From an uncultured bacterium (GTDB lineage: Bacteria; Patescibacteriota; Minisyncoccia; UBA6257; 2-01-FULL-56-20): 64,000 nucleotides of DNA. Below are positions 30,290 to 40,446 of the stretch, piece by piece; the first letter of the stretch is position 1; each line of letters starts with the position of its first letter. A program made the position numbers and the translations under genes. The stretch spans positions 102,753-166,752 of the forward strand of contig OY970126.1 in NCBI GenBank assembly GCA_963705915.1, written 5' to 3'. Below the pieces are notes generated by a model. The model was not told the origin of the DNA. It did not search any database and worked only from the letters and a program-made list of their open reading frames with translations.

Positions 30290-30408
30290 CGATTGCATAA
30301 CATGTGCATCTGATTCAGGGTTGGATTTTCTCATCGCAAAAATTCCTTATAAAACAAGGATCTCAAAAATTATCCACAGGGTGTGGAAAAGAAGTCTGAA
30401 TTTTTGAC

Positions 30409-30434
30409 GAAACATAGCGGGAAACTATATCGTT
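30409..30434 (+). promoter_or_regulatory. Putative ECF sigma autoregulatory promoter
   Basis: GAAAC-17 nt-CGTT, matching the general ECF AAC/CGT consensus, upstream of an ECF gene. Confidence 0.45.
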
Positions 30435-30506
30435 ATAAGAACGTGTTGGCTAAAAACCAACATGACAACCCCTCCTAACAAAATTCAGATCTATTCGTAT
30501 TTATTT

Positions 30507-31070
30507 ATGGAACTCAAAATAAGCAAAGGAGACCGGCTAACCCAGCTTGCCATCAAGATGAGAAAAGGGGATCGGCGTGCAGCTTCAGAGCTCTATGACG
30601 ATCTTATGCCCAAAGTATTCGGGTTTCTTTTCACGCGTACCGGCAAGCGCGAGATCGCTGAAGATTTATCGCAGGACATCTTCGTGAAGCTTGTGCAAAA
30701 GGTAGATAGCTTCGATGAAAAGCGAGGCAAGTTCACGGTTTGGTTTTGGCAGATGGTCCGCCACGTACTCATCGATCACTATCGCGAAAAAAAGGAAACG
30801 CCATTCTCCGCATTTGAGGAAGAAACCGTAGCGACGATGGCCGTGGAGGAACTCCCGGACTTCGACCATAAATTGCGCTACGAAAAATTGAAAATATTCT
30901 TAACAACGCTTACCGACGAGGAACGTCAGCTTTTCGAGCTTCGCTACGTGGCTGAAATGCCGTACAAAGAAATCGCGACGATGCTTGAACGCTCAGAGGG
31001 GTCGCTCCGTGTCGCCGTGCTGCGGGTGAAAGAAAAGATTAAAAAAGAGTTTGAAGTTCAACGAGCATAA
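30507..31070 (+). CDS. ECF sigma factor
   Basis: AEDLSQDIF, F..W...RH.LIDHYR, YKEIA.ML..SEG. Confidence 0.9.
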   Translation: MELKISKGDRLTQLAIKMRKGDRRAASELYDDLMPKVFGFLFTRTGKREIAEDLSQDIFVKLVQKVDSFDEKRGKFTVWFWQMVRHVLIDHYREKKETPFSAFEEETVATMAVEELPDFDHKLRYEKLKIFLTTLTDEERQLFELRYVAEMPYKEIATMLERSEGSLRVAVLRVKEKIKKEFEVQRA

Positions 31071-31097
31071 CACGAAAGCGCTTTTAAAAAATTTTTA

Positions 31098-31910
31098 ATG
31101 AATCCAGATCTGGATAAAACCATGAAAAACGATTTAAAAAAAATAGTATATCCATCCGAACAATTCACCCAAAAGGCAAAGGGGCGGTTTTTGGCAACGT
31201 TTGACGCAAAGCACGGAACGCGGCCTCAACCAGCCGGTCACCGGATGACGGCATGGGCCAAGGCATTCATCGTCATTGGGGCGCTCGCGGCAGTGATGGT
31301 GAGTGTTTCGGCATATGCCGACACCGCGAATGTAGCCGCCGACAACCCACTCTATCCATTCAAGCGATTGAGTGAAAATGTCCGTCTTGCGCTCACCCCA
31401 AAAAATGAACAGGCGCAGGTTGAGGCAAGCCTTGCGGTGCGACGCGCGAATGAGATCGCCGACCTTTCAACGCGTAAGCCGACAAGCACGATCATTGCAA
31501 GCCTCTCCAGCGATTTTCAAAACGACGTGAGCAGCTCGCTCGGTGATCTTGGCGCCGAAAACGACGGGAATGTTTCTTTGAGTAGCAACGCCACCGCGAC
31601 ACCGTCGCCAACTGCTGCACGGATACCCGCGGCCGTTTCTCCTCATGCCACGTCAACGAGTGCCACGGCCATACCGACGCCCACCATCCGCACCCTCGGT
31701 ACCGGCTCGCTTTCCTGTGATGAGATCACGTCGATTTTGTCGGGATCGCTTGCGGCGCGTGTACAGATTTCGAGTAATGCCTCGCTTCTCGCACGGCTTG
31801 AGGGCCGTTGTGGCGAGATCGATAGCGCGCGGGTGAGCGCAACGTCTTCCTTCCAGGCACGCATTCCGGTTCCGATCCATCCGACGCCAACGTTGAAGTC
31901 GTTGCTCTAG
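31098..31910 (+). CDS. DUF5667-like single-TM protein (putative anti-sigma)
   Basis: PLYPFKR.SENV.L motif, follows the ECF gene. Confidence 0.7.
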   Translation: MNPDLDKTMKNDLKKIVYPSEQFTQKAKGRFLATFDAKHGTRPQPAGHRMTAWAKAFIVIGALAAVMVSVSAYADTANVAADNPLYPFKRLSENVRLALTPKNEQAQVEASLAVRRANEIADLSTRKPTSTIIASLSSDFQNDVSSSLGDLGAENDGNVSLSSNATATPSPTAARIPAAVSPHATSTSATAIPTPTIRTLGTGSLSCDEITSILSGSLAARVQISSNASLLARLEGRCGEIDSARVSATSSFQARIPVPIHPTPTLKSLL

Positions 31911-31929
31911 TATGTGATATTGTAGACAA

Positions 31930-32259
31930 ATGACTATTGATGAATTTCAGAAAGCCGATTTGCGCGTCGGCACTATTCTTGGGGCCGAACGCATCGAAGG
32001 TTCGGAGAAATTATTGAAGTTGCACATCGACCTCGGCGACGCCGAAGGTGGTCCACGGCAAATTATTTCCGGGATTGCCAAATACTATACGCCGGAACAG
32101 CTTATCGGAAGGCAGGTTGTCGTCATTGCAAATCTCGACCCTCGCATGATGATGGGCCTTGAAAGCCGAGGTATGCTGCTTGCCGCACACGGGCAAGATG
32201 GCGTGCCCATTATTCTGAATCCTGATTCGTCAGTTCCTGCGGGATCGAAGATTTCTTAA
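31930..32259 (+). CDS. Stand-alone tRNA-binding OB-fold protein (MetRS C-terminal/CsaA/Trbp111-like)
   Basis: DLRVG.I, KLLKL..DLG, RQIISGIA, NL.PR.M.G.ES.GMLL. Confidence 0.9.
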   Translation: MTIDEFQKADLRVGTILGAERIEGSEKLLKLHIDLGDAEGGPRQIISGIAKYYTPEQLIGRQVVVIANLDPRMMMGLESRGMLLAAHGQDGVPIILNPDSSVPAGSKIS

Positions 32260-32289
32260 TTGTGCAGGGGATATGCTACAATAACTTTC

Positions 32290-32817
32290 ATGAAAAAAAC
32301 TATACTCGTCGTTGTGTTTGTCGCGGTCGCGGCCGGCGTTATCGGCCTTGGGGCGTGGTACAGTAATCAAATTTCAGCGCAGAGCAATCAGTCGGCGGTC
32401 GATCAAGGCGCTGCAGCCCAAGAAACCCAATCACAAGCCATGCAAAATCTTAACATTATCGACACCGTCGTTGGCACGGGAACTGTCGCTGAGCCGGGAG
32501 ATACCTTGAGCGTCCTTTACACAGGCAAGCTCGATAACGGAACCGTCTTCGATGCTTCATCGCTTCACGGCAACCAACCGTTTTCATTCACGCTTGGCGT
32601 GCAGCAGGTCATCCAAGGATGGGATCTCGGCCTCGTTGGTATGAAAGTCGGCGGTACCCGTGAGCTCACAATTCCTCCAGAACTTGCCTACGGTGATCAG
32701 TCACCATCTGCTTCGATCCCGCCAAATTCGACGCTTCACTTCACCATCCAATTGCTTTCTGTTTCGACGAGCTCTGCCTCGAGCAGTTCCGGCGAAACCG
32801 TGAACATCGGCCAATAA
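32290..32817 (+). CDS. FKBP-type peptidyl-prolyl isomerase
   Basis: YTGKL.NGTVFD.S, VIQGWD, IPPELAYG; N-terminal anchor. Confidence 0.92.
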   Translation: MKKTILVVVFVAVAAGVIGLGAWYSNQISAQSNQSAVDQGAAAQETQSQAMQNLNIIDTVVGTGTVAEPGDTLSVLYTGKLDNGTVFDASSLHGNQPFSFTLGVQQVIQGWDLGLVGMKVGGTRELTIPPELAYGDQSPSASIPPNSTLHFTIQLLSVSTSSASSSSGETVNIGQ

Positions 32818-32933
32818 TTGGAAGTCTGCCTTGTGGATAACAGCAACGGCATGCAAAAAACCCAGAAAAATCTGGGTTTTTTGAGCTTCATTTTTTAATA
32901 AAGTTTTAATGTACCGCTTGCTATGATGGAGGC

Positions 32934-33605
32934 ATGCGAGCACTTTTAGTTGAAGACGAACAAAAAATGGCGAGCTTTATCATGACCGGTTTGAAGACCG
33001 AACATTTTGCGAGTGATTGGACGGACAACGCAGAAAAAGCACTTTTTTGGGCAAAGACCAATCCGTACGATGTCGGCGTCATCGATATCAACCTTGGCAA
33101 GGGAGGCAATGGTCTTGATGTCTGCAAAGCGATCCGAGTAAGCGGGAAAAAGTTTCCGATTATCATGCTCTCGGTCATCAACGATACGCCGACGAAAGTT
33201 GAGGCGCTTAATCTTGGCGCCGATGATTATCTCGTAAAACCTTTTGCCATGACCGAGCTCACCGCCCGAATTCGGGCACTCATGCGGCGTGAGAAGAGCA
33301 TTGTTGGGCCGGTGATGAAAATTGCCGATCTCGAAATGGATACGCTTGCCCATAGCGTGAAGCGCGCCGGCAAATCGGTGGCGCTCAATAAAAAAGAATT
33401 CGCACTCCTCGAATATCTTATGCGGAATGAAGGAACGACGCTCACGCGCGGTATGATTCTCGAACACGTCTGGGATATGAACGTCGATCCATTCACAAAT
33501 ACCGTCGATGTCCACATCCGATTTCTACGTGCAAAAGTTGACGAAGGGCATAAAAGAAAATTGGTAAAAACAGTTCACGGCTACGGTTACAAAATCGAGG
33601 GATAG
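32934..33605 (+). CDS. OmpR-family response regulator (no adjacent kinase)
   Basis: LVEDE, GADDYLVKPF, KEFALLEYL, VDVHI..LR.K. Confidence 0.93.
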   Translation: MRALLVEDEQKMASFIMTGLKTEHFASDWTDNAEKALFWAKTNPYDVGVIDINLGKGGNGLDVCKAIRVSGKKFPIIMLSVINDTPTKVEALNLGADDYLVKPFAMTELTARIRALMRREKSIVGPVMKIADLEMDTLAHSVKRAGKSVALNKKEFALLEYLMRNEGTTLTRGMILEHVWDMNVDPFTNTVDVHIRFLRAKVDEGHKRKLVKTVHGYGYKIEG

Positions 33606-33621
33606 ATGATATTATGGAGAA

Positions 33622-36075
33622 ATGCGCTCACCAACCGAAAAACATTTTGTCCCAACCATCTTTGTTGTTCTCGGCGCGACCGGGGACTTGATGACAAAAA
33701 AGATTGTTCCTGCACTTTTCCAACTTCACGAAAAAAAGGCGCTGCCGCCCCATTTTAAATTTCTGGGTGTCTCGCGGCGAGATTGGACCGACGAAGATCT
33801 TCGCCGGCACATTGAAGCAATTTTGAGCGTGAAAGCTCCGCATGCTTCGCGTGCATCTATCGAATCATTTTTAAAACTCGCCATCTATCATAAGCTCACA
33901 TTCCAATCTCGCGAGGATTATAGTGGGCTGAAAGACGCATTGCATAAAATCGACGACGAGAAAGGCATGTGTTCAAATAAGCTTCTCTATTTATCGGTGC
34001 CGCCGCAATTCTATGGAGAAATTCTCGATAACATCAAACGGGCCGGGCTGCACGAAGAATGCATGCCCCACAGCGAGGGCGAAGGATGGACGCGGGTCGT
34101 TATTGAAAAGCCTTTTGGCAATAATGAAAAAAGCGCCAAGGCGCTCGACGAAAAAATCGCAAAGATTTTTAATGAAGACCAAATTTATCGCGTAGACCAT
34201 TATCTCGCAAAGGAAACGTTCCAAAATATTCTTGCGTTCCGGTTCTACAACGATCTTTTTGAGAATGGCTGGGGGAAGAAATTGATTGAGGCCGTCTATC
34301 TGCGAGGTCTAGAAAATATCGGGGTGGAGGATCGCGGACCTTTTTATGATCCGCTCGGTGCTCTCCGCGATGTTGGACAAAATCACATGCTTCAGATGGC
34401 TGCCCTCATTGCGATGGAACAGCCTGAGAATCTGGACGCCGAAGCGATCCGCGCCAAACGTGCAGAGATTTTAAAAAAACTGAAACCGCTTTCGACCGAT
34501 GAGGTGGCCGCACAGACGTTTCGTGCCCAATACGAAGGCTATGGATCAATCAAAGGCGTGGCACCGAATTCTCAGACGGAAACCTATTTCCGCGTGCGAT
34601 TTGGGTTTGACGATCCAAATTGGGAAGGCGTGACATTTGTAATGGAAGCCGGAAAACGACTGATTGATCCCCGCGAACATCGCGAAGTCACGGAAATCGA
34701 AGTCGTATTCCGCCATCCGCAGCCATGTCTCTGCCCGCCGGGAAACCATTATCGTGATCGCGTTGTTTTTCAGCAGGATCCTCAGGAAGGCATTTTCATC
34801 CATTTCTTTGCCAAAAAGCCGGGATTCACTATGCAAATTGAAGAACGGACATTTGAGTTCGATCTCCGCCGCCATAACACGGGCGGCCGAAGTAGTGAGC
34901 GTGAAGAAAATAAAGCCCAGTACACGCAAGAGTATGAAAAACTTCTCCTCGATTGCATGCAAGGCGACCAGACATTATTCATTTCAAGCGAAGAAGTTGC
35001 CGCAATGTGGCGTTTTATCGATCCCATTGAAACAGGATGGCAAAAAGGACTCGTGCCTCTGCGGCGCTATGTTCCGGATGGCCCTGCCGTTACCGTTGAA
35101 GCGGCCGTCATCGATGAGCCGCACGCAAACGCCAAGCTTCCAAGAGAAATCGGGATATTTGGCCTCGGTAAGATGGGTGCGAATGTGGCGCGTGAGCTTC
35201 GGGACAAGGGTTGGCGAGTAGTCGTTTCGAACCGGTCGCCAGGATCGATCGATGAAATGAAAACCGAAGGCTTCGAAACGGCATATTCCTCAAAAGAACT
35301 TGTCGGCCGCCTTAAGGCGCCGCGGATCATTTGGCTCATGATCACGGCAGGCAAGGGCGTCGATGAATTTCTCTTTGGCCGCGATGGGAAGGGTGGCCTT
35401 GTGAGCCAACTTCGCAAAGGCGACATCGTGATTGATGCCGGCAATTCTTTTTATGAGGATACCGTGCGTCGCGCGAAAATCCTTGCACGCAAAAATATCC
35501 ACTTCATGGACGTTGGTTTTTCGGGTGGCCCTTCCGGCGCGCGCCACGGCGGATCGCTTATGATCGGCGGTGAACGTAAATTATTTGAAAATCTCGAGCC
35601 GTTATTCAGGGACCTTTCGGTGCCTGGCGGTTATTCCTATTTCGGTACTGCGGGCGCAGGCCATTTTGTGAAGATGGTCCATAACGGCATTGAATATGGC
35701 ATGATGCAATCGATCGCCGAGGGTTTCGCGCTCATGAAGAAATCGCCCTTCAAACTTGATCTCCAAAAAATCGCGAACGTGTATAACCGCGGCAGCGTCA
35801 TTGAGTCGCGCCTCATCGGTTGGCTCGAGGACGCATACAAGATATACGGCAAAGATCTTGTCGGAGTCTCGGGCTCGGTTGCCTACACCGGAGAAGGCGA
35901 GTGGACGGTAACAACGGGCAAAAAAATGAAGATGAAACTTCCCGCAATCGAAGATGCGTTCCGTTTCCGCGTTCGCTCAAAGCAGTCGCCGACCTATATG
36001 GGTAAAATTCTTTCCGCGTTGCGCAACCGATTTGGCGGGCATTCCATCGAAGGTCAGAAGAATCAGAAAAAGTAG
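33622..36075 (+). CDS. zwf: Fused glucose-6-phosphate dehydrogenase and 6-phosphogluconate dehydrogenase
   Basis: GATGDL, EKPFG, RVDHYLAKE, RDVGQNH followed in frame by GLGKMG, DAGNS, KMVHNGIEYG. Confidence 0.9.
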   Translation: MRSPTEKHFVPTIFVVLGATGDLMTKKIVPALFQLHEKKALPPHFKFLGVSRRDWTDEDLRRHIEAILSVKAPHASRASIESFLKLAIYHKLTFQSREDYSGLKDALHKIDDEKGMCSNKLLYLSVPPQFYGEILDNIKRAGLHEECMPHSEGEGWTRVVIEKPFGNNEKSAKALDEKIAKIFNEDQIYRVDHYLAKETFQNILAFRFYNDLFENGWGKKLIEAVYLRGLENIGVEDRGPFYDPLGALRDVGQNHMLQMAALIAMEQPENLDAEAIRAKRAEILKKLKPLSTDEVAAQTFRAQYEGYGSIKGVAPNSQTETYFRVRFGFDDPNWEGVTFVMEAGKRLIDPREHREVTEIEVVFRHPQPCLCPPGNHYRDRVVFQQDPQEGIFIHFFAKKPGFTMQIEERTFEFDLRRHNTGGRSSEREENKAQYTQEYEKLLLDCMQGDQTLFISSEEVAAMWRFIDPIETGWQKGLVPLRRYVPDGPAVTVEAAVIDEPHANAKLPREIGIFGLGKMGANVARELRDKGWRVVVSNRSPGSIDEMKTEGFETAYSSKELVGRLKAPRIIWLMITAGKGVDEFLFGRDGKGGLVSQLRKGDIVIDAGNSFYEDTVRRAKILARKNIHFMDVGFSGGPSGARHGGSLMIGGERKLFENLEPLFRDLSVPGGYSYFGTAGAGHFVKMVHNGIEYGMMQSIAEGFALMKKSPFKLDLQKIANVYNRGSVIESRLIGWLEDAYKIYGKDLVGVSGSVAYTGEGEWTVTTGKKMKMKLPAIEDAFRFRVRSKQSPTYMGKILSALRNRFGGHSIEGQKNQKK

Positions 36076-36126
36076 TTTCGAGCTATCCAGAATCAAAGCA
36101 TGCCCCAATGAAGTATAATAAAGGGT

Positions 36127-37098
36127 ATGCTTCCGGACGACATTAAAAATTACGCAAAACAGTTCGATTACGAGCCGATCGTCGAGAACTCAAAGAAGCT
36201 GAAGAAATTCAGCAAATTTGTGGTTGCTGGCATGGGCGGATCACACCTCGCCGCCGATATTATTAAGTCCTGGCATCCGGAACTCGATCTCGTTATCTGG
36301 CACAATTATGGTCTGCCGAAACTTCATGAAAAAGATATTAAAGACCGCTTGATTATTTTGAGTTCATATTCTGGGAACACTGAGGAGACGATCGATGCCT
36401 TAAACACCGCGAAGGCCAAGCACTTGAATGTTGCCGTTGTCGCTGCGCGAGGAAAGTTGATTAAGCTCGCGCAAAGCTTGAAGGTGCCCTATGTGCAAAT
36501 GCCGGATTTTCATATGCAGCCACGCATGGCGACCGGCCTCAGCCTAAAGGCACTTCTTGCGCTTATGGGTGAGCGGGTATGGCTTTCAGAAGCCAAGATG
36601 CTTGGCACATTGCTTCATCCATCACGGGAAGAACTTCGGGGCCGCGACCTGGCGAAGCGCCTCCACGGCACGGTTCCGATAATCTATGCATCGGTGCGCA
36701 ATATGGCAATCGCCCAGAATTGGAAAATAAAAATGAACGAAACCGGCAAAGTTCCGGCGTTCTGGAATGTCGTTCCCGAGATGAATCACAATGAAATGAC
36801 GGGATTCGATGCCAAAGACAAGACAACATCTCTTTCGCGCCATTTTCATTTTGTATTTTTGAAAGACGCCGATGACGATCGCCGCATTATTAGACGGATG
36901 AATGTGATGGAGAAATTATTCCGCGACAGGGGATTTAAGACAGAAATCGTTTTGCTCCAAGGCAAAAATGCGTTGCACAAAATTTTTAACGGTCTGATCC
37001 TTGCCGACTGGACAGCATTCCATAGTGCCAAACTTTACACCGTCGATCCCGAACAGGTGCCGATGGTTGAGGAGTTTAAGAAGCTGATTGGGAGATAG
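36127..37098 (+). CDS. Bifunctional phosphoglucose/phosphomannose isomerase (SIS)
   Basis: GMGGS, SYSGNTEET, QPR, NETGK, PEMNHNE. Confidence 0.9.
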   Translation: MLPDDIKNYAKQFDYEPIVENSKKLKKFSKFVVAGMGGSHLAADIIKSWHPELDLVIWHNYGLPKLHEKDIKDRLIILSSYSGNTEETIDALNTAKAKHLNVAVVAARGKLIKLAQSLKVPYVQMPDFHMQPRMATGLSLKALLALMGERVWLSEAKMLGTLLHPSREELRGRDLAKRLHGTVPIIYASVRNMAIAQNWKIKMNETGKVPAFWNVVPEMNHNEMTGFDAKDKTTSLSRHFHFVFLKDADDDRRIIRRMNVMEKLFRDRGFKTEIVLLQGKNALHKIFNGLILADWTAFHSAKLYTVDPEQVPMVEEFKKLIGR

Positions 37099-37134
37099 GA
37101 GGGTTAATGCCGTCCGTGATATAATAACGGGACT

Positions 37135-37821
37135 ATGTCCACAAAACTTTCGCGTTCCAAGCTCGAACTTTTCATTGATTGCCCGCAATGTTTTTGGCTC
37201 GATATGAAACAGGGGGTGAAACGCCCGTCCGGGCCGCCGTTCACGCTCAATAATGCGGTGGACTATTTACTCAAAGAGGAATTCGACGTTCATCGTGAAA
37301 AAAAGACGCGGCATCCGGTGATGGAAAAATATGAGATTGATGCGTTGCCGTTCCAGCATGAAAAATTAAACACGTGGCGCCATAACTTTACAGGCGTCCA
37401 GTTTGAACACAAACCGACCGGATTTCTCGTCTACGGCGCCGTCGATGATCTTTGGGTAAATCCAGACGGCGAAATCAGCGTCGTGGATTATAAGGCGACG
37501 GGGGCAAAAGAACACAAAATTTATGATTCGTATCGCAGGCAGATGGAAATTTATCAGTGGCTTCTTCGCCAGAACGGATTTGATGTTTCGCCGATCGGCT
37601 ATTTCGTTTTCGCTCGCGTGAACAAAGGCGATGGATTCGGCAATGGCAATGCGGCGCTTGCGTTCGATATGTTCATTGAGCCGCTCCACGGTGATGATTC
37701 TTGGATTGAGAAGGCATTGAGTTCGGCTAAAAAAACATTTGACATGACGACGGCGCCGGAAGCGACGCCGACCTGTGATTATTGTTCTTACCGGAAAGCT
37801 GCAGCCCGGGTTGGTTCCTGA
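37135..37821 (+). CDS. PD-(D/E)XK nuclease family protein (RecB/Cas4-like)
   Basis: LSRS...CPQCF, GAVDD, VDYKAT, Q..IY, C-terminal CDYC. Confidence 0.85.
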   Translation: MSTKLSRSKLELFIDCPQCFWLDMKQGVKRPSGPPFTLNNAVDYLLKEEFDVHREKKTRHPVMEKYEIDALPFQHEKLNTWRHNFTGVQFEHKPTGFLVYGAVDDLWVNPDGEISVVDYKATGAKEHKIYDSYRRQMEIYQWLLRQNGFDVSPIGYFVFARVNKGDGFGNGNAALAFDMFIEPLHGDDSWIEKALSSAKKTFDMTTAPEATPTCDYCSYRKAAARVGS

Positions 37822-37870
37822 TGTTGCAAAGTTCGAGAAAGTATGTATAATAATTAGTCAGGAGGGCGCT

Positions 37871-38146
37871 ATGGCTTCGTCGCCGAGTAAGGTTCAGAGA
37901 GTTGTGATTTGTTTTGTGAGTTTCGGGGTGCTGCCGCTGTTGGCGCTGTTCATGGTGCCGCATGTCTTTAACGGCATCCAGGAAGTTACCGGCTGGGACA
38001 GCAATCTCTTCTACCGCGCCTTTTGGAGTTTTTTGATCGGGGCGGTATTGCTTTGTGCCGGTCTTGGAGTCTTGCTGCGTCAGTGGCTGCTGAAGCAGTG
38101 CGAACCAAATCATCGGGAACATCCCGAGACGAATATGGCACGATGA
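37871..38146 (+). CDS. Small two-TM protein
   Basis: TATAAT promoter, AGGAGG SD, terminator at about 38161-38192. Confidence 0.65.
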   Translation: MASSPSKVQRVVICFVSFGVLPLLALFMVPHVFNGIQEVTGWDSNLFYRAFWSFLIGAVLLCAGLGVLLRQWLLKQCEPNHREHPETNMAR

Positions 38147-38227
38147 GTGGAAAGTTTTGTGAGGCCGGGATGCGTTGCGTCTCGGCCTTTTTAATTAGTT
38201 TTAACCCCGAACCTCTATAATGAATAC

Positions 38228-38560
38228 ATGCCGTTGATTTCGAAGTTCAAACCGCTCCATTGGACGAGCCACGCAAAAGCAAAGATGATCCATTATCGTC
38301 TGAGCCCGGCGCGAGTACGGCGCGTGCTCCATTCGCCGAAGCGCACCGAAGAGGGCATTGCACCGCGCACGGTTGCCGTGATGCAACCGGCGTCGATGAA
38401 GAAAGCAAACATGTGGACGCAGGAAATTTGGGTGATGTTTCAGGATTCGCCAAGGGAGCGCACCGTGATCAGCGCGTGGCGATATCCTGGCGTCACAAAG
38501 CCGCGTGGCGAGATCCAATCTTTTATGAAAAAAGAATATCGGGAATTTATGGCTAGTTGA
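38228..38560 (+). CDS. Hypothetical protein (DUF4258-like)
   Basis: WTSHA..KM..Y.LS...V..VL..P pattern, ISAWRYPG. Confidence 0.6.
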   Translation: MPLISKFKPLHWTSHAKAKMIHYRLSPARVRRVLHSPKRTEEGIAPRTVAVMQPASMKKANMWTQEIWVMFQDSPRERTVISAWRYPGVTKPRGEIQSFMKKEYREFMAS

Positions 38561-38633
38561 CAAGCAGCATAAAATATGCAAAAATATAGACAGAGTACTT
38601 CTCCTCAGTTGTGGAAGGAATTTGGGAGGGACT

Positions 38634-38813
38634 ATGATAGGTTCACGAAAGATTGTCGAGATGCCGAGAAAACAGGAAGGGCAACCGAAAGGGGTTGAAC
38701 TTACGGAAGTGATCTGGCGCGAAGCCGTTGATTTCCGGGTGAGACTCCTTGAAGAAGTTGTGAATACGGTTTTCCGGCGCGGTGAAATTCGACTCGTCCC
38801 TCCCAGGTTCTAA
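38634..38813 (+). CDS. Small hypothetical protein
   Basis: TTGACA upstream, GGAGG SD, strong terminator at about 38822-38852. Confidence 0.55.
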   Translation: MIGSRKIVEMPRKQEGQPKGVELTEVIWREAVDFRVRLLEEVVNTVFRRGEIRLVPPRF

Positions 38814-38893
38814 CAGGGTAGTCGCCGTTCGCGCAAGCGGGCGGCTTTTTTTGTTGATTGATAATTCCCGAGTATTTTGTTGTAATAACCTAC

Positions 38894-39334
38894 ATGATCC
38901 TCATAAGCCCCGCGTTTGATAATGACACCGTTATCCCTAAAAAATATACGTGTGATGGCGGCGACATCAACCCTGAACTACAAATCCAAAACGTGCCTCA
39001 CGGCACGAAAAGTTTGGCGCTTATCGTGCACGACCCCGATGCCCCGATGAAAGGTGGATTTACCCATTGGGTGGTTTGGAATATCGATCCGGAAACGAGC
39101 GTCATCAAAGAAGAAAGCGTGCCGCCGGACGCCATCGAAGGACGTAACGGCGCCGGCCGCATCGGCTACATGGGGCCGTGCCCACCGTCGGGAATGCATC
39201 ACTACCATTTCCAGTTGTATGCGTTGAATGCAAAACTCAATTTGCCCGCAACCTCTTCTCTCGGTGAGATAGAGGCGCAAATCGATGGCCATTTGATTTC
39301 ACAGACCGATCTTGTTGGGCTTTACGAGAGATAG
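38894..39334 (+). CDS. YbhB/YbcL (PEBP) family protein
   Basis: YTCDG.DINP, DPDAP, FTHWVVWNI, GPCPP. Confidence 0.92.
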   Translation: MILISPAFDNDTVIPKKYTCDGGDINPELQIQNVPHGTKSLALIVHDPDAPMKGGFTHWVVWNIDPETSVIKEESVPPDAIEGRNGAGRIGYMGPCPPSGMHHYHFQLYALNAKLNLPATSSLGEIEAQIDGHLISQTDLVGLYER

Positions 39335-39391
39335 CCCACGTTTGTGAAATTGCCTTCATGGAGGAGCGGTATCCTATGATATAATGATGGT

Positions 39392-39742
39392 ATGGAGTCG
39401 AATGGATCTGCGACGATATTGCGATGGGGGTTGGCATTCGTTTTCTTCTATGCAGCGATTGCGGCCTTGCTCAATCCTTCAGCGTGGATTCCCTTCATTC
39501 CCGGATTCATCGGAACGATCATGTCCGTCAGATTGTTTCTTGCCATATTCTCGATCTATCAATTAACACTCGCCGTCCTGCTCTTCACCGGAAAAGAGTT
39601 ATGGCTCGCGTCGCTCCTCGCGACAATCACGTTTGTCGGAATCGTTGTCGCTAATTATCAAGTGATCGACATCACATTCCGGGATATCGGCCTCGCATTC
39701 GCTTCGCTTGCTCTATTCCAAACTACGCGACATAATACATAA
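39392..39742 (+). CDS. DoxX-like membrane protein
   Basis: LRWGLAFVF, four TMs, RDIGL. Confidence 0.7.
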   Translation: MESNGSATILRWGLAFVFFYAAIAALLNPSAWIPFIPGFIGTIMSVRLFLAIFSIYQLTLAVLLFTGKELWLASLLATITFVGIVVANYQVIDITFRDIGLAFASLALFQTTRHNT

Positions 39743-39745
39743 TCT

Positions 39746-40381
39746 ATGAACTTTTTCGATAATACTTCAGCCTTGCCGTTCCCCGGCGAACTCACCGAGC
39801 GCGACCGTTCCAAAGACGATCGTGAACTTATTGAACTTTTCCTCAAAGGAAACGACGTGGGGTTCTCGGTTCTTCTCGATCGCCACATGCCAATGGTGTA
39901 TCGTTTTGTATATCGCTATCTGCATAATACCGACGACGCGAGCGATGTGACTCAGGAAACATTTATCCGCGCCTGGAAGCACATCAAAAAATTCGATACC
40001 GCACGAAGCTTTAAAACGTGGATCCTTGCCATCGCGAAGAATGCATCACTCGATTTTATAAAAAAGAAAAAACCAATTCTTTTCTCACAGATTGAAGCGA
40101 CGGATATGGATTTGGATATCGCCCTTGCTCCGCACCTTGAAAATGCCGTGGGCGAACTGCCCGATGCCATGTTCGACAGAATGAGCGAAGCAAAGATGCT
40201 CGATGCGACGCTCGCCAAATTGCCGATACCATATCGCGTCGTGCTCACCCTCCGCTATAACGAACATCTTAAATTCCGTGAAATTGCGGAAATTCTCGAT
40301 GAGCCTATTGATACCGTGAAGAGCAAGCATCGACGTGGTTTAATGCACCTCCGTAAGCTTTTGCCAGAAACGCTTGCGTAA
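39746..40381 (+). CDS. ECF sigma factor
   Basis: ASDVTQETF, FKTWI..IA.N...D, F.EIAEIL...TVKS. Confidence 0.92.
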   Translation: MNFFDNTSALPFPGELTERDRSKDDRELIELFLKGNDVGFSVLLDRHMPMVYRFVYRYLHNTDDASDVTQETFIRAWKHIKKFDTARSFKTWILAIAKNASLDFIKKKKPILFSQIEATDMDLDIALAPHLENAVGELPDAMFDRMSEAKMLDATLAKLPIPYRVVLTLRYNEHLKFREIAEILDEPIDTVKSKHRRGLMHLRKLLPETLA

Positions 40382-40446
40382 CCGTGACGGGTGGGCCTTG
40401 CGGGCCGCACCAAAAAGCACGATAAAATCGTATATTTGGCAAAGCC

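Noticed and set aside
30290-30400. Replication origin at the paired DnaA boxes
   Set aside because: Only two boxes, no dnaA/dnaN nearby and no clear unwinding element.
37135-37821. Cas4 / CRISPR locus
   Set aside because: No repeat-spacer array or other cas genes seen in the window; treated as a solo PD-(D/E)XK nuclease.
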